Below, piece by piece: positions 8,439-18,076 of a stretch of DNA of 24,000 nt. Below the pieces are notes generated by a model. It saw only the letters and a list, made by a program, of their open reading frames with translations. It did no database searches and was not told where the DNA came from. Origin of the DNA: an uncultured Peptoniphilaceae bacterium. Its GTDB lineage: Bacteria; Bacillota; Clostridia; Tissierellales; Peptoniphilaceae. The position numbers and the translations under genes are program-made. Within the stretch, counting starts at the first letter, position 1. Each line of letters starts with the position of its first letter. The stretch is taken from contig CAYUJY010000001.1 of NCBI GenBank assembly GCA_964445145.1, forward strand, positions 6,127-30,126, given 5' to 3'.

Positions 8439-9629
8439 GGATTTTAATAGTGTTAATTGGAAAAGTTCTGATAGATTTGTATCCTTAGAAATTTCTATGG
8501 AGCCTTGTAGAGTTGTCTTATCACCACCACCCTTTAAGCCATGTTCTGATACTAATGTGGATTTTATGGAATCCAAGTCATATTTAGAGTCCAAAGGAAG
8601 GTTTATATAAAAGTTAGCTCGGTCGTTACTTTCTAAATAGTAAATCTGTGTCAGATTTGGATAGTCAGAAAACATTTTTGAAAATTGATTAACATCCTTA
8701 AATGGAAGAGTATCAAACCGAACAATTATTGTCATATTTTTTGTTTCTTCAGTTACCTTGCTTAAATAATTGTCTTTTAATACTTCCATCATTTTAAATT
8801 TCAAATTTCTATATTCAGTTTCTAATTGCAAATTACCATCTAATTTCCGTTGGAGACTTTCAACTAGATTTTCATCATTGGAAGATAGAATTTTATTTAA
8901 TTTACTTAATATTGTATTTTTTATTCCATAATCCTGTAGAGCTCTTTTTCCTGCAACCACATGGAGTCTGTAATTACCCCTGTGCTTTTCGTAGTTTATA
9001 ATTTTAATAATCCCCAATTCACCCGTGGAATTTACATGAGTTCCACCACAGGCAGAGTAGTCAAATCCTTCGATCTCAATTACTCTCAGATCATGACTTA
9101 CCATTGGATCCTTTCGAAAGTCAATGTTTTTTAGTTCGCTTTCCTTTGGGAAGTAAGACTTTACCAGAAAGTTATATCTAATTATATCGTTGGCTAATTC
9201 CTCAATCCTATTGACTACAATATCATCCATATGGTCTATTTCAATATCTATTACGAAAAAATCAGTACTCATATGAAAACCGATGGTTTTTGCGTCATAA
9301 AGCACATGAAAACATGCGGATAAGAGATGTTGTGCAGTATGTTGCTGCATCACATCATATCGATGTTCCCAATCTATTAATATCTTTACTTCACTTCCGG
9401 GGACTTTGCTTTTTGTTAAATGGATTATTTTGTCGCCTTCTATAATAGATTTTTCAACGGGAATACCATTTATGGATCCAATATCTCCAGTTTGACCTCC
9501 GGCAGTATCCGGATAAAATATCGTTCTATCTAATACTAATTGAAAATAGTTTTGTATTTTTCTATTTAAAAGTACGCGTGCATCTAGCTCCATCAAATAT
9601 GGATTAAACATATATTCTTTTCTAGTCAT
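8427..9629 (-). CDS. alaX: Alanyl-tRNA editing protein, AlaX-L type (AlaRS editing domain + C-terminal DHHA1-like region)
   Basis: Zinc/editing motifs HTAQH (HxxxH) and ACGGTH (CxxxH) of the tRNA_SAD domain. No aminoacylation domain. The ORF track start at 9641 is TTG. ATG at 9629 preceded by GGGTGA is preferred. Confidence 0.7.
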   Translation of the reverse strand: MTRKEYMFNPYLMELDARVLLNRKIQNYFQLVLDRTIFYPDTAGGQTGDIGSINGIPVEKSIIEGDKIIHLTKSKVPGSEVKILIDWEHRYDVMQQHTAQHLLSACFHVLYDAKTIGFHMSTDFFVIDIEIDHMDDIVVNRIEELANDIIRYNFLVKSYFPKESELKNIDFRKDPMVSHDLRVIEIEGFDYSACGGTHVNSTGELGIIKIINYEKHRGNYRLHVVAGKRALQDYGIKNTILSKLNKILSSNDENLVESLQRKLDGNLQLETEYRNLKFKMMEVLKDNYLSKVTEETKNMTIIVRFDTLPFKDVNQFSKMFSDYPNLTQIYYLESNDRANFYINLPLDSKYDLDSIKSTLVSEHGLKGGGDKTTLQGSIEISKDTNLSELFQLTLLKSKKI

Positions 9630-9694
9630 ATTATCACCCAATTTAATTTTATCATAAAACGAAATTTTTTAATATGAAGGTATTATTCTAAATC

Positions 9695-9703
9695 TGATAT
9701 AAT
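9695..9703 (+). promoter_or_regulatory. Extended -10 promoter element placed to start transcription at the comEC ATG
   Basis: TGaTATAAT at 9695-9703. The last base of the -10 is 7 nt before the A of ATG 9710. No SD lies between them. Confidence 0.45.
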
Positions 9704-9709
9704 AAATTT

Positions 9710-12052
9710 ATGGAAAAGAAACTGACATTTTTAACCATTGGGATTATTATTGGAATATTAATTAACTATTATTTGTTTCCTGAAATGAATCTAATAATAT
9801 TATTAGTCTTATTTTTATTGTTCCAGAAATATAAATCAGCAGAGATAAATTTTACAGGACTTGGATTATTAATAATTATAGTGTCTTTGTTGGTACATAA
9901 TTATAATTATTTTACATTCGATAGTGGAATGGAGTTGCAAATCGAAGGCAAAGTAGTTAAAACCTACACTCGATATGACGATTACCAACGAATAGAAGTG
10001 AAGTCCAATATAATAAATGGCAGGAAAAATACTCTTTTATTTTCCGTTGCCACCATTTCTGATGTAAATTTTTCATATGGTGATCGTGTTGAATTTCGTG
10101 GTGTCGTGGAAGAAAGGCGAGGAAATAAAAACTTCGGTCTCACTGACATCAATGAATTACAAAAGATTATGAGAATATCTAACTCCCTGATTACTAGAGA
10201 TATTGTTAATATGGGAAGTGATTCAAAGCTTGTTTTCTTTAGAAATAATGTTGTGAATTACATAATTGAACTGTTCGATGAAAATTTATCGCCTGAAAAC
10301 AGTGGTATCTTAAAGAAATTAATTTTAGCAGATTCAAAATCAATAAAAGTTGATTTAAACGAATTATATAGCGAAACTGGGATTTCTCATTTACTTGCAA
10401 TTTCAGGTTTACACATAATGATAATAATCTCTTTATTGAACAACATATTATCACGTCTTGGTTTGGGCTATAATATAAAGTTTGCTATTACAAGCCTATT
10501 TCTTATTTCCTATGGTTATATATTAGGATTTCCTCCGTCTGTGAGTAGAGCAATGTTAATGTATTTTATATTAATAGTTTCTGAGTATCTTGAAATAAAA
10601 ATTAGCAATAAGATTATTGTTCTGTTTGCTGCAGTTATTTTGTTAGTAATAAATCCACATTGGCTTTTTGATATTGGTTTTCAATTGAGCTTTGGTGCAG
10701 TTATTGGAATTGCATTTTTAAAGGAAAGGTTATTTCCAAAGATAACTTCTGGGTTACTTAGCGGAATACAAATTTATACAGCAGTAAATATCGCCATTTT
10801 CCCTATTTTAGCTATGCATTTTAATAACTTTAATTTGTTATCCCTAATTACAAATTTGCTAATGACCCCAGTTGTGACAGTTGTATTGATTTTGGGGTAT
10901 TTAAGTGTGATTTTAAGTTTAGTTCTGACGAGTATAAGTTACTATATTTTTACTGTTATTGATTTTATTTTAGAAGCTTTCAATTTTTACTTAACTTATA
11001 CTTTGGAGTATTTTAGTCTACCCCTTCGAGTAAAATATCCAAGCTTGATATCTGTTGTGATTTATTACATTGTGATACTAATCTTGCTAAGCTCAACATT
11101 TAAAAGGAAAATATATAAGTATAGAAAAATTTTTGCTATTTATATGGTGATGACCTTAGTTACCCATGCTATCCTTATATCCTCAAATAGTCTCACCGTA
11201 GGATTTTTTGATGTTGGTCAAGGTGATAGCTCCTATCTATACTATAAAGGAAAGTACATTCAAATTGACACGGGTGGTACTGCCTTTAGCTCCTATAATC
11301 CAGGCGTGGAGATTACGAAGAGAGCCATAAAGAAAAGAGGTATAAATAAAATTGATCTTATGATATTGTCACATTTGGACTTGGATCATGTAGGTGGAGT
11401 AAAAAGTATGCTTGAATCAAAGATGATAGACACAATAATATTAGGTGAATCCGAAAGGGCATCTGATATATATTTAGATATCATGGGTGGACATGAAGAT
11501 AAAATTATCACCCTAAATGAAAACTCGAAATTAGACATAGATGAAGATTTATCCATTAGATTTTTAAATGTAGGAACTAACAGCTTGAATTCCAACGATA
11601 ATTCCCTCGTATGTTTAGTACAATATAAAGATAATAAGATATTGTATACTGGTGATATTGGCAAAGTTGTTGAGCAGTTGTTAATTAATGACATTGGGAA
11701 TGTCGATATTTTAAAGGTTTCACACCACGGTAGTGCAAGCTCTACTTCTATTGAATTTTTAAACATTGCCAGACCAAAATATTCAGTAATTTCTGTTGGT
11801 AAAAACAGCTATGGGCACCCATATACGGGTGTGTTAGAAAATTTAAAAAGCGTGAAGTCTAATATCCTAAGAACTGATATCGAAGGAGAAATTATTTTCA
11901 GTATTGGTGATAACATCTCATATTATTCTTATAGCGATAGGAGAATTGACGTTTTTTCGATTATTTATTTTACAGTTTCTGTTATAATTGGATTAATAAT
12001 TACCACGTACATAAGTAACAAAGGGGAAAAATATGAACTACAACGACTTTAA
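9710..12052 (+). CDS. comEC: DNA internalization-related competence protein ComEC/Rec2 (polytopic membrane domain + C-terminal metallo-beta-lactamase domain)
   Basis: 780 aa. Competence domain (GISHLLAISGLH) and many TM helices. C-terminal MBL motifs (FFDVGQGDS, SHLDLDHVGG, VSHHGS). Conserved comEC-holA adjacency. Confidence 0.9.
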   Translation: MEKKLTFLTIGIIIGILINYYLFPEMNLIILLVLFLLFQKYKSAEINFTGLGLLIIIVSLLVHNYNYFTFDSGMELQIEGKVVKTYTRYDDYQRIEVKSNIINGRKNTLLFSVATISDVNFSYGDRVEFRGVVEERRGNKNFGLTDINELQKIMRISNSLITRDIVNMGSDSKLVFFRNNVVNYIIELFDENLSPENSGILKKLILADSKSIKVDLNELYSETGISHLLAISGLHIMIIISLLNNILSRLGLGYNIKFAITSLFLISYGYILGFPPSVSRAMLMYFILIVSEYLEIKISNKIIVLFAAVILLVINPHWLFDIGFQLSFGAVIGIAFLKERLFPKITSGLLSGIQIYTAVNIAIFPILAMHFNNFNLLSLITNLLMTPVVTVVLILGYLSVILSLVLTSISYYIFTVIDFILEAFNFYLTYTLEYFSLPLRVKYPSLISVVIYYIVILILLSSTFKRKIYKYRKIFAIYMVMTLVTHAILISSNSLTVGFFDVGQGDSSYLYYKGKYIQIDTGGTAFSSYNPGVEITKRAIKKRGINKIDLMILSHLDLDHVGGVKSMLESKMIDTIILGESERASDIYLDIMGGHEDKIITLNENSKLDIDEDLSIRFLNVGTNSLNSNDNSLVCLVQYKDNKILYTGDIGKVVEQLLINDIGNVDILKVSHHGSASSTSIEFLNIARPKYSVISVGKNSYGHPYTGVLENLKSVKSNILRTDIEGEIIFSIGDNISYYSYSDRRIDVFSIIYFTVSVIIGLIITTYISNKGEKYELQRL

Positions 12053-13052
12053 AAAGATTTTAAGGAATGAAAGGCTAAATGGCGCCTACTTATTTTATGG
12101 AGTAGAAGGGCTTATTGCCGACAAAACTATAAACTATATATTAAACAATTATGTATCCAAAGTGATGTATGATTTAAACTTTGTACATCTTCATGGAAAG
12201 ACTGTTGAGATTCAAGACCTTTATAGCGCTATTGAAACACTACCTTTTATGAGTGAAAGCAGGGTGGTACTCGTGGATGAGTTACAGGATTTAGTGGCGA
12301 AAATTGGAACAAGTGAAATGTTTTATAAGACTCTGGATAGTATTGCAAAGGATACGATTGTGATTTTCTATGACTCTGAACAAAACCTCAACAAAAATAC
12401 AAATTTGTATAAATATTTTACGAAGACAAAGAGAAATGTGGAATTTATCAAACTTGATAATATATCCTTAAAAAATTATGTAAAGGACGAAACGAAGGCT
12501 AAAAATAAAGTAATTTCAGATTCAGATATATCCTATTTTTTATTAAAAACTGGATATCAAAGTCGGAACCTTGATGTCAATTTATATGATTTGGATAGTG
12601 AGTTAAAAAAACTATTAAGCTCGACTACGGAGAAGGAAATCAAAAAGGAAGATATAGACAAATCTGTAATTAGCAGTGTAGATACTAATATTTTCAATCT
12701 ATTGAATAATCTTGGGGAAAAAAATTCAGAAAGGTCACTAGCTGATTTGCATGATCTCTATGAGGCGAATGAACCCATAAGTATAGTGTTACACATGATA
12801 CAAAGAAGATATAGACACCTATATGAGTATATTTCTTTAAGAAACGCTGGTAGACTAGATAGAGACATTAGCTCTATTATGGAGCTAAAAAGCTATGAAT
12901 TTAAAGTTGTTTCAAACCTAGCATATAAATATGATATTTGTGAAGTGAAGGAAAAATTAGATAAAGTGATGGAGACTGAGATAAATATCAAAACATCCTA
13001 TAGCGACGAATTGTTGATGCTAGAATATCTAATTGTAAATTTGTGCAATTAA
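12033..13052 (+). CDS. holA: DNA polymerase III subunit delta
   Basis: 339 aa. N-terminal YLFYGVEGLIADK-type delta motif. 20-nt overlap with the comEC 3' end, SD AAAGGGGA upstream. Conserved position between comEC and rpsT. Confidence 0.8.
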   Translation: MNYNDFKKILRNERLNGAYLFYGVEGLIADKTINYILNNYVSKVMYDLNFVHLHGKTVEIQDLYSAIETLPFMSESRVVLVDELQDLVAKIGTSEMFYKTLDSIAKDTIVIFYDSEQNLNKNTNLYKYFTKTKRNVEFIKLDNISLKNYVKDETKAKNKVISDSDISYFLLKTGYQSRNLDVNLYDLDSELKKLLSSTTEKEIKKEDIDKSVISSVDTNIFNLLNNLGEKNSERSLADLHDLYEANEPISIVLHMIQRRYRHLYEYISLRNAGRLDRDISSIMELKSYEFKVVSNLAYKYDICEVKEKLDKVMETEINIKTSYSDELLMLEYLIVNLCN

Positions 13053-13054
13053 AA

Positions 13055-13074
13055 ATAGCGACATTTGTCGCTAT
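13055..13074. terminator. Hairpin terminator between convergent holA and rpsT (stronger for rpsT)
   Basis: ATAGCGAC (13055-13062) / GTCGCTAT (13067-13074), 8-bp stem with a 4-nt loop. The A5 tract at 13051-13055 gives U5 on the - strand. Overlaps the rpsT stop codon. Confidence 0.7.
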
Positions 13075-13340
13075 TAAATTGCTTTTTTGTTAAGCTTATT
13101 AGTCATTTGACCTATCTTTCTTGAAATATTATTCTTATGAATTATATTTGCTGCGCTAGCTTGTCTTAATTTCTTCTCAGCAAGCTTTAAGTAGTTCTTT
13201 GCATCTTCAAGCTTATCTGCATCTAAAGCAGCTTCAAATTTCTTTATATAAGTTTTGATTTCTGTTTTCTTTGCTTTGTTTCTTTCGTTACGAATTTTTG
13301 CAACTTCAATTCTCTTTAATGCTGATTTTATATTAGCCAT
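13074..13340 (-). CDS. rpsT: 30S ribosomal protein S20
   Basis: 88 aa, MANIKSALKRIEV... canonical S20 N-terminus. Highly basic. SD GGAGGTG upstream. Confidence 0.95.
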   Translation of the reverse strand: MANIKSALKRIEVAKIRNERNKAKKTEIKTYIKKFEAALDADKLEDAKNYLKLAEKKLRQASAANIIHKNNISRKIGQMTNKLNKKAI

Positions 13341-13380
13341 ATTGTCACCTCCATTTGGTATCTAATTTTACGTAACTATC

Positions 13381-13409
13381 ATTATAGAATATAGCAAAAT
13401 ATTTTTCAA
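13381..13409 (-). promoter_or_regulatory. Near-consensus sigma-A promoter for rpsT
   Basis: On the - strand: TTGAAA (13409-13404), 17-nt spacer, TATAAT (13386-13381). Confidence 0.7.
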
Positions 13410-13485
13410 GATAAATTTATCAACCTTTTGAATTATCCATGTTTTTATTACAAAAATCTGAAGACTTTTAATTAAAATCAAATAA

Positions 13486-13494
13486 TGGTACAAT
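13486..13494 (+). promoter_or_regulatory. Extended -10 promoter for lepB-lepA-hemW...
   Basis: TGgTACAAT at 13486-13494. SD GGAGG at 13508-13512, ATG 13522. The -35 is weak. Confidence 0.5.
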
Positions 13495-13521
13495 ATAGTT
13501 TATGTATGGAGGTAATATTTA

Positions 13522-14091
13522 ATGACAGACAGAGATGTAGCTGATAAAAAGGGTGGCAATAAAGTAGTTAATGAAATCGCTAGTTGGATAATGGCGATAA
13601 TTTTAGCTATAGTTTTGGCATTGTTTATCAAAGCATTTATATTTAATACGACTCAAGTGGATGGCTTGTCCATGTATCCTACTCTTAATCATGACGATAG
13701 GTTAATCTCACAAAGAGTAACATTATATTTTGAAAAGCCAAAAAGAAATGATGTTGTAATTTTTGATTCCACAACGATGCCAGGTAAGGATTTCATTAAA
13801 AGGGTTATTGGGGTAGAAGGAGACAAAGTATCTTTAGAGAATGGTCACTTTTATATTAATGGACTACTACTTAATGAACCATATATTAAAGAAGGTATTT
13901 TAACATACGCAGGACATAGTAATGTTAAAACTTGGATCGTTGGGAAAAACAAACTTTTTGTCGTAGGTGATAATCGCGAAGTTGGCGGCTCCTATGATTC
14001 AAGGGAATTTGGCGAGATAGATGTGGACACTGTAAAAGGGATAGCTGTCTTTAGATATTATCCATTTAACAATTTAGGAATAATAAAATAA
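13522..14091 (+). CDS. lepB: Signal peptidase I (S26 family)
   Basis: N-terminal TM anchor. Catalytic Ser box DGLSMYPTL and Lys box IKRVIG. GDNRxxS box ([14 protein letters not shown]). Confidence 0.9.
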   Translation: MTDRDVADKKGGNKVVNEIASWIMAIILAIVLALFIKAFIFNTTQVDGLSMYPTLNHDDRLISQRVTLYFEKPKRNDVVIFDSTTMPGKDFIKRVIGVEGDKVSLENGHFYINGLLLNEPYIKEGILTYAGHSNVKTWIVGKNKLFVVGDNREVGGSYDSREFGEIDVDTVKGIAVFRYYPFNNLGIIK

Positions 14092-14099
14092 GGGATTAT

Positions 14100-15908
14100 A
14101 TGACAAACAAACAAGAAATTATTAGAAACTTTTCAATTATTGCACATATTGATCACGGTAAATCAACTTTGGCTGATAGATTAATTGAATATACTGGGAT
14201 GTTGTCTTCTAGGGAAATGCAAAGCCAAGTATTAGATAACATGGACCTTGAGAAGGAACGTGGAATCACCATTAAGCTAAAGGCAGTGCGACTCATATAT
14301 AAAGCCAATGACGGCAAAGAGTACATTTTGAATTTGATTGACACTCCAGGACACGTGGATTTCAACTACGAGGTATCACGCTCTTTAGCTGCCTGCGAAG
14401 GGGCTTTACTTGTGGTTGATTCAACCCAAGGCGTAGAAGCTCAAACCTTAGCAAATGTTTACTTAGCAATAGATCAAGATCTTGAAATAATTCCAGTAAT
14501 TAACAAAATAGACTTACCGAGTGCGAGACCTGATGAAGTTAAGCATGAAATTGAAGAGATTATCGGAATCGACGCTAGTGCAGCTCCTTTGGTTTCAGCA
14601 AAATCTGGACTTAATATACAAGATGTACTAGAAGCGATTGTAGAACATGTTCCTACACCGAGTGGGTCCTTGGACGAACCATTGAAGGCATTGGTCTTTG
14701 ACTCTTACTATGACAGCTACAAGGGTGTTGTGTGCTTCGTTAGAGTTTTCGACGGTACGATAAAAGCTGGCATGAAGATAAAATTTATGGCAAGTAAATA
14801 TGAAGTAGAGGTAGTAGAGGTTGGAGTTGTAACAAAGGGACATTTGCCGACTGATAAGCTAGAAGCTGGTGAAGTTGGTTATGTTACTGCATCTATAAAA
14901 AATGTTAAGGACGCTACTGTTGGAGACACCATTACAGAGGTGGGTAGAGAAACTGAAAGCCCACTACCTGGATATAAAAAGGCTGTCTCAATGGTATATT
15001 GTGGTATTTATCCTGCAGAGGGTGAAGAATTTAACGACATCAGGGACGCTTTGGAGAAATTACAAGTGAATGATGCTGCACTGTCCTTCGAACACGAAAC
15101 GTCACAAGCACTAGGATTTGGATTTAGATGTGGATTTTTAGGATTGCTTCACATGGAAATTATCCAAGAAAGACTAGAGAGAGAATTTGACCTCGATATC
15201 ATTACAACAGCACCTTCCGTAATCTATAAAATTACAAAAACAGATGATACAGTACTGGAAATACAAAATCCTACAAATTTACCTCCAATTACAGAAATAA
15301 AAAAGATGGAGGAACCTATTGTTTCGGCATCAATAATGACTCCTTCAGAATATGTGGGAACTATTATGGAGCTTTGCCAGGATAGAAGAGGTATATTTAA
15401 AAACATAGAATACTTGGATACGAGTAGAGTTAATGTTCATTACACACTTCCATTAAATGAAGTTATTTACGACTTTTTTGATGCATTAAAATCTAAAACT
15501 AGAGGTTATGCATCCTTAGACTACGAGCTAGCAGGTTATGAAGAATCCGACTTAGTAAAGCTAGATATATTGATTAATTCAGAATTGGTGGATGCATTTT
15601 CACTAATAGTTCATAGGGACAAAGCCTATGATAGGGGAAGAAGTATCTGTGAAAGATTAACAAAAGTAATCCCACGTCATCAATTTGCGGTGCCAATACA
15701 AGCAGCAATCGGTACCAAAGTTATCGCTAGGGAGACGATTCGCGCTCTTAGAAAAGACGTTTTGGCTAAATGCTATGGCGGTGACATTAGTCGTAAGAAG
15801 AAATTGTTAGAAAAACAAAAAGAAGGAAAGAAGAGGATGAGATCCATAGGATCTGTAGATGTTCCGCAAGAAGCGTTCCTTACAGTCCTTAAGTATGAAG
15901 AAGAATAA
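14100..15908 (+). CDS. lepA: Translation elongation factor 4 (LepA)
   Basis: 602 aa. G-domain motifs [18 protein letters not shown]. Conserved LepA C-terminal domain. Confidence 0.95.
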   Translation: MTNKQEIIRNFSIIAHIDHGKSTLADRLIEYTGMLSSREMQSQVLDNMDLEKERGITIKLKAVRLIYKANDGKEYILNLIDTPGHVDFNYEVSRSLAACEGALLVVDSTQGVEAQTLANVYLAIDQDLEIIPVINKIDLPSARPDEVKHEIEEIIGIDASAAPLVSAKSGLNIQDVLEAIVEHVPTPSGSLDEPLKALVFDSYYDSYKGVVCFVRVFDGTIKAGMKIKFMASKYEVEVVEVGVVTKGHLPTDKLEAGEVGYVTASIKNVKDATVGDTITEVGRETESPLPGYKKAVSMVYCGIYPAEGEEFNDIRDALEKLQVNDAALSFEHETSQALGFGFRCGFLGLLHMEIIQERLEREFDLDIITTAPSVIYKITKTDDTVLEIQNPTNLPPITEIKKMEEPIVSASIMTPSEYVGTIMELCQDRRGIFKNIEYLDTSRVNVHYTLPLNEVIYDFFDALKSKTRGYASLDYELAGYEESDLVKLDILINSELVDAFSLIVHRDKAYDRGRSICERLTKVIPRHQFAVPIQAAIGTKVIARETIRALRKDVLAKCYGGDISRKKKLLEKQKEGKKRMRSIGSVDVPQEAFLTVLKYEEE

Positions 15909-17049
15909 TTTAGGTATATATATTCACATTCCATTTTGTGAATCCAAGTGCTTCTATTGTGATTTTAACTCTGGATATGAAGATGTTTCAACAATTGATA
16001 TGTACATGGAAAGTTTATATAGAGAAGTTCAGTTTTACGGACAGAGGTATTCTCATTCTATAATAGATTCTATATTTATCGGAGGAGGTACACCCAGTTC
16101 CATAAAACCAATTTACATCACTAGATTAATGGAATGCTTATATGAGAACTTTCAAATATCATTAAATTGTGAAACTACACTAGAAGGTAATCCAAATTCT
16201 CTAACGGAAGATAAACTTATGATTTATATGCAATCCAAGATCAATAGGCTGAGCATGGGGGCTCAGAGTTTTGTATTAGATGAATTAAAATCTATTGGTA
16301 GGATTCATAAAGTAGAAGACGTAGCAAAAGCTGTCCGTTTTGCTAATGATGTAGGCTTTGATAACATCAATATTGACCTGATGATGGGATTACCAAATCA
16401 AACTTTAGGATCGTTAGAGTATTCAGTAAATGAGGCTGTAAAGCTAGATGTAGAACACATTTCATGTTATAGCTTGATATTGGAAGAAAATACCCCGCTT
16501 TACGATATGTACATGTCAGGCATGGAGCTAAATTTTCCTAAAGAAGAAACAGAGAGAAACATGTACAATTTAGTACCTAGATTACTAGCTGATAATAATT
16601 TTGCACAATATGAAATATCTAATTTTGCAAAAGTGGGATATGAATGTAAACATAATATGAAATACTGGAAATGTGGTGACTATTTAGGACTGGGCGTTAG
16701 TGCCCATGGGAGGGTAGGAGATTTTAGATATTCAAATACAGATATGATATCCGAATACTCGGAACTATTGAGTAAAGATAAACTACCTATTACATTCAAG
16801 GAGACACTTTCTAAAAAATCACAAATTAATGAAGAAATCATAATGGCATTAAGACTAAATTGCGGTTTAAACATTTCTAAAATGAATAAAAACTATAATT
16901 TGAATTTTGAAATTGAATATAAACACGAAATTGAAAAAAATATTAAGGCTGGATTAATTGAGATAGAAGATGAATTTATGAAATTGACGAAGGAAGGAAG
17001 AAACTTTTCGAATATTGTAGAATTAGACTTCTACAGATTGGAGGAATAA
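15895..17049 (+). CDS. hemW: Radical SAM heme chaperone HemW (oxygen-independent coproporphyrinogen-III oxidase-like)
   Basis: CxxxCxxC cluster motif ([13 protein letters not shown]) right after the start. Conserved lepA-hemW/hemN adjacency. Start moved from the ORF-track 15859 to ATG 15895 ([15 protein letters not shown]), a 14-nt overlap with lepA. Confidence 0.85.
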   Translation: MKKNNLGIYIHIPFCESKCFYCDFNSGYEDVSTIDMYMESLYREVQFYGQRYSHSIIDSIFIGGGTPSSIKPIYITRLMECLYENFQISLNCETTLEGNPNSLTEDKLMIYMQSKINRLSMGAQSFVLDELKSIGRIHKVEDVAKAVRFANDVGFDNINIDLMMGLPNQTLGSLEYSVNEAVKLDVEHISCYSLILEENTPLYDMYMSGMELNFPKEETERNMYNLVPRLLADNNFAQYEISNFAKVGYECKHNMKYWKCGDYLGLGVSAHGRVGDFRYSNTDMISEYSELLSKDKLPITFKETLSKKSQINEEIIMALRLNCGLNISKMNKNYNLNFEIEYKHEIEKNIKAGLIEIEDEFMKLTKEGRNFSNIVELDFYRLEE

Positions 17050-18074
17050 TGTATTTTACAAGTGTCTTAAATACTAGAAATAAATATGAACTTCTGGAAT
17101 TAATAGACTTTTTAAAATCCCATGACGTTATATATGATTATCCTGAAAGAACTTTAGTAATAAGGGACAATGGAAAAATCATTGCAACTGCGTCAGTTGA
17201 TGGAAAGATATTAAAGTACTTTTTTGTTGACGAAAATTATTTAGGACAAGGAATTCTCGTGATTTTGTACAACGATTTACTAAATTATCTTTTAGAAAAT
17301 GAAATTTTAGATCACTTCGTATTTACAAGCCCAAAAAACTATGAAATTTTTAATGGAATTGGATTAAAAGAAGTAATACGAACAGATGAGGTATTGCTAC
17401 TAGAAGGTGGATTTTCAAATTATTCTGATTGGGTTGAAAAAGTAAGAGTTTTATTAAATCCCTTGGTTATGAGCCGCGGAGCAATAGTGGCAAATTGTAA
17501 TCCAATGACTTTAGGACATAAATATTTAATGGAGTTTGCTTCGGAGAAAGTTGATGAACTTATAGTATTTATTGTTGAAGAGGACAAATCGGCATTTACG
17601 ACTGAAGAGCGTTTTTCAATCGTTGCTAAAGAATTTGGAAATCATGCAAAAATTAAGGTTGTACACGGTGGTCCTTATATAATTTCTTCAGCCACGTTCC
17701 CTACTTATTTCCTGAAGGAGCTAAACAGTTTAACCGACGTGTATACTAAACTGGATGCAACGATATTTTCAGAAAAAATTGCTAGAGATTTGAATATTAA
17801 TATAAGGTTTGTAGGTAATGAACCTTTAGATAAAATGACGGCTAGATATAATGAAAATTTAAAGAAATATATCACCAGAGAGGGGTTAAGTCTTGAAATT
17901 ATTGAGAGAATACAGGATAATAAAGATTATATTAGCGCCTCAAGGGTTAGAAAATTATTAAAGGAAAATAATATTGAGGAAGCTTTGGAGCTCTGCGCAC
18001 CTAGCACGGTTGAGTTTCTAACCAGCGAAAGGGGCAAAGAAAAAATTAAAGAACTTCAACATGAAAAGAGGTAA
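17049..18074 (+). CDS. citC: [Citrate (pro-3S)-lyase] ligase-like protein (CitC family: N-terminal GNAT-like domain + C-terminal nucleotidyltransferase domain)
   Basis: GAIVANCNPMTLGHKYL (HxGH-type), VFIVEEDKSAFTTEERF and ISSATFPTYFLKE resemble CitC as I recall it. TAATG overlap with hemW. Confidence 0.7.
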   Translation: MYFTSVLNTRNKYELLELIDFLKSHDVIYDYPERTLVIRDNGKIIATASVDGKILKYFFVDENYLGQGILVILYNDLLNYLLENEILDHFVFTSPKNYEIFNGIGLKEVIRTDEVLLLEGGFSNYSDWVEKVRVLLNPLVMSRGAIVANCNPMTLGHKYLMEFASEKVDELIVFIVEEDKSAFTTEERFSIVAKEFGNHAKIKVVHGGPYIISSATFPTYFLKELNSLTDVYTKLDATIFSEKIARDLNINIRFVGNEPLDKMTARYNENLKKYITREGLSLEIIERIQDNKDYISASRVRKLLKENNIEEALELCAPSTVEFLTSERGKEKIKELQHEKR

Positions 18075-18076
18075 AA

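Noticed and set aside
11386-11766. 126-aa antisense ORF inside the comEC MBL domain (also 10239-10454)
   Set aside because: Overlaps conserved metallo-beta-lactamase motifs on the + strand. No translation signals. Composition typical of an antisense frame.
13341-13521. Small ORFs in the rpsT-lepB divergent intergenic region (e.g. ATGTTTTTATTACAAAAATCTGAAGACTTTTAA, 10 codons)
   Set aside because: No SD. The region is fully accounted for by the near-consensus rpsT promoter and the lepB extended -10 promoter.
15859-15894. Upstream extension of hemW (ORF-track start 15859, [12 protein letters not shown]...)
   Set aside because: It would overlap lepA by 50 nt. The extension is just the alternate frame of the lepA C-terminus. 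ATG 15895 gives the usual short N-terminus before the CxxxCxxC motif.
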